NCBI GenBank assembly: GCA_038230535.1
Contig: JBBRNB010000019.1
Span: 2,165-66,164 of the forward strand
Direction of reading: 5' to 3'
DNA: 64,000 nt
DNA from: Thermoanaerobaculia bacterium
Lineage (GTDB): Bacteria; Acidobacteriota; Thermoanaerobaculia; Gp7-AA8
Position numbers and translations under genes: made by a program. Shown here piece by piece: positions 58,713-64,000 of the stretch; position 1 is the stretch's first letter, and every line of letters begins with the position of its first letter. The notes under the pieces are model-generated. The model saw only the letters and a list, made by a program, of their open reading frames with translations, did not search any database and had not been told where the DNA came from.

Positions 58713-60289
58713 GTCCATACAACCTGCTTGCGGAACAATGGATCCGAGTCCGTCGCGCATCAGGATTGTTAGATTGGATTGCGCCATGGCAGATCGCGGA
58801 GATCGACGATCCGGCCATGAGGATCGAGAGCCCCCGTCCCGATTTCGACGGCGCGCTGATCCAGTTCCTGATTGGGCTGGTGCAGACGGCAGCCGCACCG
58901 GCAACAAAGATAGCTTGGCGCAAACTGCTAGATCACGCTCCCCAGGATCTGCGTGAGAAGTTCGATGGCGTCGCGGAGGCATTCAACCTCGACGGCCCGG
59001 GCCCGCGGTTCATGCAGGATCTGACACTGAAATCCTCCGACGTTGATGGGACAAAGCCGGTCAGTGCTCTCCTGATCGATGCGCCGGCTGAATTCTTCGT
59101 GAAGCCGGGACTGGTGTGCGCGATAAGCTATCCGATGGCCGCAATTGCTCTGTACACGTTGCAGGCCAATGCTCCGAGTGGCGGCGTGGGGCACCGCACG
59201 TCGCTCCGTGGTGGCGGCCCGCTGACAACCGTGATTCTCGGCGATACCCTGTGGCGCACTGTGTGGCTCAACGTAATGACAGAGGATGATTTCATCGGAG
59301 GGCCCGGAAACTCAGATCGCGATCAAGCCGGAGCCAAGTTCCCGTGGATGGCGCTCACACGCACGAGCGCGAAGCAGGGTGGCCGGTCAACGACGCCTGA
59401 AGACGCGCATCCCCTTCAACACTACTGGGGAATGCCACGTCGTATCCGACTGAATTTCGATGATACGGCCACAGGGCGCTGCGACTTGTCCGGTGTAGAG
59501 GCAACGCTCGTTACAAACTACATCACGAAGAATTACGGCACGAACTATGAGGGAGCATGGATTCATCCGCTCACACCTTACACGCTGCAGAAGGAAGGAC
59601 AACCGCCGAATCCGAAGAAGGGGCAGCCGGACGGCATTCCCTATCGTGACTGGCCGCAGCTCGTGCTTGCGGGCAAAGAACGCCTCCGCGCACGAGTCGT
59701 CGCTGTATACGAGAGCGACCGTCGCTTCGAGCAGCAGGCGTCACCGCAGTTATGGGTGTTCGGCTACGACGTCGACAACATGAAACCACGCTGCTGGTAC
59801 TCGGGCACCACCCCAATTTTCCCGCTCGCTGAAGAGCGGCACCAGCGGGCGTACGCCGGCCGGATGCAGCAATGTATCGACGCGAGCGAGGACGTTCGAA
59901 AGACGATGATTCAGCAGCTCAAGGCAGCACTGCTGCGCAGACCGCAGGATCGCAACGGAGATCTGTCGTTCCTGTCTCGGCAGTTTTGGGCTGATACCGA
60001 GTCCCGATTTTTCGGCGTTGCGCGACGAATTCACGATGCAATTGTCGATAACTCGGACGACAGTCAGGCGCGGGAGGAATGGCTGGCCGCGATTCATCGC
60101 GCCGCGCTTCGGATCTTCACCTTGAACTCACAGGAGGCTGGCGAATTCGCGGATGCCGACGTGAAGCGGATCGCCGTCGCATGGAACAACCTCATTCAAT
60201 TTACGTCGCCGCGTAGCAAGAAGCTCCGCGGCATCGTCGATCTTGCGCCTGTCCCGGATGCAAAGGATCAAGGAGGAACAGATGTCTGA
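58709..60289 (+). CDS. cse1: Cse1/CasA (Cas8e) large subunit of Cascade
   Basis: NLLAEQWIRVR, similar to E. coli CasA N-terminal NLLIDNWIPVR. LRGGGPLTT resembles LRGGTPVTT. ATGA overlap with cas3. Confidence 0.88.
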   Translation: MSPYNLLAEQWIRVRRASGLLDWIAPWQIAEIDDPAMRIESPRPDFDGALIQFLIGLVQTAAAPATKIAWRKLLDHAPQDLREKFDGVAEAFNLDGPGPRFMQDLTLKSSDVDGTKPVSALLIDAPAEFFVKPGLVCAISYPMAAIALYTLQANAPSGGVGHRTSLRGGGPLTTVILGDTLWRTVWLNVMTEDDFIGGPGNSDRDQAGAKFPWMALTRTSAKQGGRSTTPEDAHPLQHYWGMPRRIRLNFDDTATGRCDLSGVEATLVTNYITKNYGTNYEGAWIHPLTPYTLQKEGQPPNPKKGQPDGIPYRDWPQLVLAGKERLRARVVAVYESDRRFEQQASPQLWVFGYDVDNMKPRCWYSGTTPIFPLAEERHQRAYAGRMQQCIDASEDVRKTMIQQLKAALLRRPQDRNGDLSFLSRQFWADTESRFFGVARRIHDAIVDNSDDSQAREEWLAAIHRAALRIFTLNSQEAGEFADADVKRIAVAWNNLIQFTSPRSKKLRGIVDLAPVPDAKDQGGTDV

Positions 60290-60800
60290 GCCTTCAGAAC
60301 GGCCGGTTTCTACAGAGAACGAGGCTGCCGCTGAGGAACTGGGGCCGGTCGTTCGTCGCTGGTGGGCTGCACTTGACGGGCGGCGTGGAGACCGTGCTGA
60401 CCTTCGGCGTGCTCGAACGCCGGCGGCCGTAGCGTTTCTGCCGGCGTATCACGCCCTTGTCCGCGATCTCCGCCGGGCCGGTGTTCATTTGATTGGAGAA
60501 ACAAGTGCCGTGATCGCGGGGGTCCTCCCGCACGTCGAGCGAGACGAATCCGTCCGAAGCTTCGCCAAACAGATGGCGTCCGAGCACAACGGCAAGGCTC
60601 GGGTAAGCGGACTGCGTTTTCGGAGGCTCCTGGCCGTCGACGATCCAGCAGAGTTGCAGACCTCTCTCGTCAGGACAATTCGACTGCTCGACAGAACGGC
60701 CGCGGTAGGCGACCTGGCCGACTCAATTCGCTGGTGGAATGACAGAACGAAGAAACGATGGGCGTTGGACTATTACAGGACCGCGCCGAACGAAGATTGA
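60282..60800 (+). CDS. cse2: Cse2/CasB (Cas11) small subunit of Cascade
   Basis: ~172 aa alpha-helical protein. The WWNDRTKKRWALDYY region resembles E. coli CasB WWGKRERQQLLEDFV. The ATG overlaps the cse1 stop (ATGTCTGA). Confidence 0.85.
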   Translation: MSEPSERPVSTENEAAAEELGPVVRRWWAALDGRRGDRADLRRARTPAAVAFLPAYHALVRDLRRAGVHLIGETSAVIAGVLPHVERDESVRSFAKQMASEHNGKARVSGLRFRRLLAVDDPAELQTSLVRTIRLLDRTAAVGDLADSIRWWNDRTKKRWALDYYRTAPNED

Positions 60801-60825
60801 AGCCCGACGAAAGAATGGAGGCCCT

Positions 60826-61941
60826 ATGAGTGAATTCATCCAGATCCATGCGCTGACCGTCTATCCTCCCGGAAACCTCAACCGTGACGATCTCGGGCGG
60901 CCGAAGACGGCGATATTCGGAGGCACGCAGCGCTTGAGAATCTCCTCGCAGAGTTTGAAGCGCGCGTGGAGAATTTCGGACATTTTTTCGGCCGTACTTG
61001 CCGGCCACGTTGGTAAGCGCACGAAAGACATCGGCAACTACGCGTACGGTAAGTTGATCGAAAGGAACGTTGCATCCGATCGAGCGGATGAGCAATCAAA
61101 ACGGATCGCCGAGGTCTTCGGGAAACTCAAGGCAGTGAAGGAGACGGACGGCAAGAAGAGCCCCAAGGCACCGAAGGAAGCCAAAGCCGGCAAGGAAGCC
61201 GCAAAACACGCATCCGCGGGAAGGCAGATCGAACAGCTCGCGCATATCGGCCCCGCCGAGTTGGCGGCTCTCGACGCGCTCCTCGACCGCATCGCCTCGG
61301 GCGATACGCCTTCGAATGACGAATGCGCCGCGCTCCTATCAGATGCACACGGCGCGGCCGACATCGCGCTCTTCGGCAGGATGCTTGCCTCCACGCCTCA
61401 GAGAAACGTTGATGCCGCAGTCCAGGTGGCGCACGCAATCACCGTACACAAGGTCACGGTGGAGGATGACTACTTCACTGCTGTCGACGACCTGAACGAC
61501 GGTTCTGAAGATTCAGGCGCTGCGCATATCGGAACGACAGAATTTGGGTCGGGCGTCTTCTATCAGTACATCTGCATCGACCGCTCACTACTCGAAAAGA
61601 ACCTTGACGGGAACCGCGGACTGGCGAGCCTCGCGCGCCGCGGCTTGGTCGAAGCATGTGCGAAGATCGCGCCGTCAGGAAAGCAGAACAGCTTCGCCAC
61701 ACGTGCCCGCGCCGGCTACATGCTCGCCGAGCGAGGTGAAGAGCAGCCTCGCAACCTCGCGATGGCGTTTCTGAAGCCGGTCACCGGTGACGATCCTCTC
61801 GAGTCCGCGATTCGGTCGCTCGAAGAAACTCTCGGCAGGATGGACAAGGTCTATGGCCCGTGCGCCAGTGGGCGGTACACATTCAACGTACCAGCGGGAG
61901 AAGGCTCACTACAGAAGCTCCTCGACTTCGTGGCTGAGTGA
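60826..61941 (+). CDS. cas7e: Cas7e/CasC Cascade backbone subunit
   Basis: MSEFIQIHALTVYPPGNLNRDDLGRPKTAIFGGTQRLRISSQSLKRAWR closely parallels the E. coli CasC N-terminus. GGAGG RBS. Confidence 0.9.
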   Translation: MSEFIQIHALTVYPPGNLNRDDLGRPKTAIFGGTQRLRISSQSLKRAWRISDIFSAVLAGHVGKRTKDIGNYAYGKLIERNVASDRADEQSKRIAEVFGKLKAVKETDGKKSPKAPKEAKAGKEAAKHASAGRQIEQLAHIGPAELAALDALLDRIASGDTPSNDECAALLSDAHGAADIALFGRMLASTPQRNVDAAVQVAHAITVHKVTVEDDYFTAVDDLNDGSEDSGAAHIGTTEFGSGVFYQYICIDRSLLEKNLDGNRGLASLARRGLVEACAKIAPSGKQNSFATRARAGYMLAERGEEQPRNLAMAFLKPVTGDDPLESAIRSLEETLGRMDKVYGPCASGRYTFNVPAGEGSLQKLLDFVAE

Positions 61942-61948
61942 GGAATCG

Positions 61949-62698
61949 ATGCAGGCCTATCTTCTTTTTCGACTCTTCGGACCGATGGCGGCGTGGGGCG
62001 ACATTGCGATCGGCGAGCGTCGCCACATCTTTTCACAGCCCACGAAATCGGCAATCCTCGGGCTCGTCGCGGGTGCGCTGGGCCTTCGTCGTACGGACGG
62101 CGAGCAGCTTGCCGCACTGCACGATGGCTACGGCTTTGGGAGCCGTGTCGATTCTCCGGGTTTTCTTCTCACCGATTTTCACACTGCGCAGACGCCGCCG
62201 GAATCGGCGGTCAGGCGTGCGAAGGGCTTCCGGACACGGCGGGATGAACTGAGTATTCGACGGAGCGACCTCGAGACAATTCTCTCGTATCGCGACTACA
62301 GCACCGACGCGCTCGCTGTTGCCTGTGTCTGGCCAGTGGAGGGTGCGCCGTATTTGCTCGAGCAATTAGCCGAGGCTCTTCGCCGTCCGGTCTTTGCGCC
62401 GTACCTTGGACGGCGATCGTGCTCACCCTCGCTTCCGTTCGCGCCGCAAATCCTGGAGGAGAGCAGCCCGGTCGCAGCGCTGCGGGGCGTGACGTTCCCG
62501 GATGACGAGCTTCTGAAAAGCATCGTGAGCAGTGGGACGCGAAGCTACTACTGGGAAGGCGAGATCCCGGACGACATCAAGCATCTGCAGACAATCCGCC
62601 GGCGCGATGTCGCCCGAAGCCGGATTCAGTGGCAGTTCGCCGAGCGCGCCGAACACCATGCGGTGGAGGAGAACGCGAATGTTTCTGAGCAGAATTGA
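61949..62698 (+). CDS. cas5e: Cas5e/CasD
   Basis: MQAYLLFRLFGPMAAWGDIAIGERRHIFSQPTKSAILGLVAGALGLRR parallels E. coli CasD MRSYLILRLAGPMQAWGQPTF... Confidence 0.9.
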   Translation: MQAYLLFRLFGPMAAWGDIAIGERRHIFSQPTKSAILGLVAGALGLRRTDGEQLAALHDGYGFGSRVDSPGFLLTDFHTAQTPPESAVRRAKGFRTRRDELSIRRSDLETILSYRDYSTDALAVACVWPVEGAPYLLEQLAEALRRPVFAPYLGRRSCSPSLPFAPQILEESSPVAALRGVTFPDDELLKSIVSSGTRSYYWEGEIPDDIKHLQTIRRRDVARSRIQWQFAERAEHHAVEENANVSEQN

Positions 62699-63350
62699 GC
62701 TATGCGACGACGCCGCGCGGACAGCGCAGTTCTGGAAGCACATCGCGTCAATGAACGACGTTCATCATGTCGTCTGGTCGTGGTTTGCCGACAACCCCGA
62801 CCGTAAACGCGATTTCCTTTATCGGCACGAGGGGCAAGGGCTCACGACACGTTTTTTCACGCTCTCGACCCGGCTTCCTCTCGATTCGCGTGGCCTTTGG
62901 CGCATCGAGAGCAAACCGTTCGCTCCAAAGCTTGCCTCTGGCGAGCAGTTATTCTTCTCACTCCGTGCGAATCCGACGCGCAAGAAGAGTGACGGCTCGG
63001 GTAAGGGAAAGCGCCATGACGTCGTGATGGATGCGAAGCTGGTTGCACGGACCGAGGGAGGTGCGCCGAAGCCATTCGCCGAGCTCGTTGAGAGGGAGTG
63101 TATCGACTGGCTCGCGTCGCGAGCCGAAGCTTGCGGCTTCGAAATTGCGGAGGGAGACGTCCGCACGGACGCGTACCGGCCGGTCCGGTTCCCGCGCGGC
63201 AGGGGTCAGGCCGGCGCCTCGGTCACGATGGTCGACTATGAAGGACGCATTACTGTTCGCGACGTGTCTCTCTTCCTTCAATCGGTGATGCAGGGAATCG
63301 GCCCGGCGAAGGCCTTCGGCTGCGGGCTGATGCTGGTCAGGAGACTCTGA
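62679..63350 (+). CDS. cas6e: Cas6e/CasE pre-crRNA endoribonuclease
   Basis: MFLSRIELCDDAA..., C-terminal GIGPAKAFGCGLMLVRRL (E. coli GIGPAKSMGCGLLSLAPL). The start overlaps the cas5e stop. Confidence 0.9.
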   Translation: MFLSRIELCDDAARTAQFWKHIASMNDVHHVVWSWFADNPDRKRDFLYRHEGQGLTTRFFTLSTRLPLDSRGLWRIESKPFAPKLASGEQLFFSLRANPTRKKSDGSGKGKRHDVVMDAKLVARTEGGAPKPFAELVERECIDWLASRAEACGFEIAEGDVRTDAYRPVRFPRGRGQAGASVTMVDYEGRITVRDVSLFLQSVMQGIGPAKAFGCGLMLVRRL

Positions 63351-64000
63351 TGCTCCCGCCGCTGAAGCCGATCGCCATCAAGGAGCGTGTATCGATGCTC
63401 TTCATCGAGAAGGGCCAGATCGACGTCATCGACGGCGCCTTCGTGGTCGTCGATGTCACCGGAGTGAGGACACAGATTCCGGTAGGAAGTGTCACCTGCC
63501 TCATGCTCGAGCCGGGGACGCGCGTGTCGCATGCGGCCGTTACGCTGGCCAGCCGGGTGGGCTGTCTCCTCGTGTGGGTTGGCGAGGCAGGCGTGCGTGT
63601 GTATGCCGCCGGTCAGCCAGGCGGTGCGCGCTCGGATCGTCTGCTCTATCAGGCTCGCCTCGCTCTCGACGACGACGCGCGCCTAAAGGTCATTCGCAAG
63701 ATGTACGCAGTGCGCTTCGGCGAAGACGCACCGCAGAAGAGGAGCATCGAGCAGCTTCGGGGAATTGAAGGAGCGCGAGTACGCAGCATGTACGAACTAC
63801 TGGCACAGAAGGTTGGGATCACGTGGAAGCGAAGAAACTACGATCCCGAAGAGTGGGACCATGGCGACGTAGCCAATCGTTGTCTGAGTGCAGCGACGAG
63901 CTGCCTATACGGTGTAACCGAGGCCGCGGTTCTGGCGGCGGGGTATGCACCGGCGATCGGGTTTCTGCACACTGGAAAACCGCGTTCGTTTGTCTACGAT
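63350..64000 (+). CDS. cas1: Cas1 integrase (type I-E), partial; continues beyond the window end
   Basis: MLPPLKPIAIKERVSMLFIEKGQIDVIDGAFVVVDVTGVRTQIPVGSVTCLMLEPGTRVSHAAV ... YGVTEAAVLAAGYAPAIGFLHTGKPRSFVYD is near-colinear with E. coli YgbT/Cas1. Not in the ORF track because it has no in-window stop. ATG overlaps the cas6e TGA. Confidence 0.9.
   Translation, partial: MLPPLKPIAIKERVSMLFIEKGQIDVIDGAFVVVDVTGVRTQIPVGSVTCLMLEPGTRVSHAAVTLASRVGCLLVWVGEAGVRVYAAGQPGGARSDRLLYQARLALDDDARLKVIRKMYAVRFGEDAPQKRSIEQLRGIEGARVRSMYELLAQKVGITWKRRNYDPEEWDHGDVANRCLSAATSCLYGVTEAAVLAAGYAPAIGFLHTGKPRSFVYD

Overview
High-GC (~65-68%) bacterial chromosomal segment. Gene content (DUF4388 protein, TonB-dependent receptors of the CarboxypepD-reg type, SPASM radical-SAM enzymes) suggests an Acidobacteriota-, Gemmatimonadota- or Myxococcota-like lineage. 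Codon third-position GC separates real frames from the many spurious antisense ORFs. The first ~54 kb carries housekeeping genes (uvrC, uvrB, ychF, glk, aroB, aspS, truB, orn, rbfA, cspA, mccB-like carboxyltransferase) interleaved with accessory content. That content includes several GT2/GT1 glycosyltransferases, a SPASM-rSAM/GT1/SPASM-rSAM operon, two M16 peptidases, a GAF-HD-GYP protein, a DUF433/DUF5615 pair and a HigB/HigA pair. From ~55.4 kb to the window end lies a complete Type I-E CRISPR-Cas effector/adaptation operon: DnaQ-like 3'-5' exonuclease, cas3, cse1(cas8e), cse2(cas11), cas7e, cas5e, cas6e, then cas1 running off the 3' edge. Every junction has overlapping or tightly spaced start/stop codons. 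No CRISPR array lies inside the window, so cas2 and the array are expected downstream. The cas block shows lower third-position GC than the core genes. The stand-alone DnaQ-like exonuclease translationally coupled to cas3 is the most unusual part. Three families of intergenic repeats recur through the window. The first is a GATC-rich inverted array element built from TGGATCAGT-like units, with 6 full copies and 1 remnant at the cas border. The second is a GTGTAGGGCCGCCGCC...GGCGGCGGCCCTACAC REP-like palindromic doublet with 5 copies, mostly at convergent gene ends. The third is a G-tract/C-tract (G4-motif) inverted element with 2 copies. An 11-copy 21-bp tandem repeat carrying two nested palindromes per unit sits upstream of uvrC. 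Two genes touching the window edges are absent from the ORF track: a DUF4388 protein at 1..1488 (-) and cas1 at the 3' end. Coordinates for CDSs follow the ORF-track frames. Hand-derived coordinates for non-coding features may be off by 1-2 nt.
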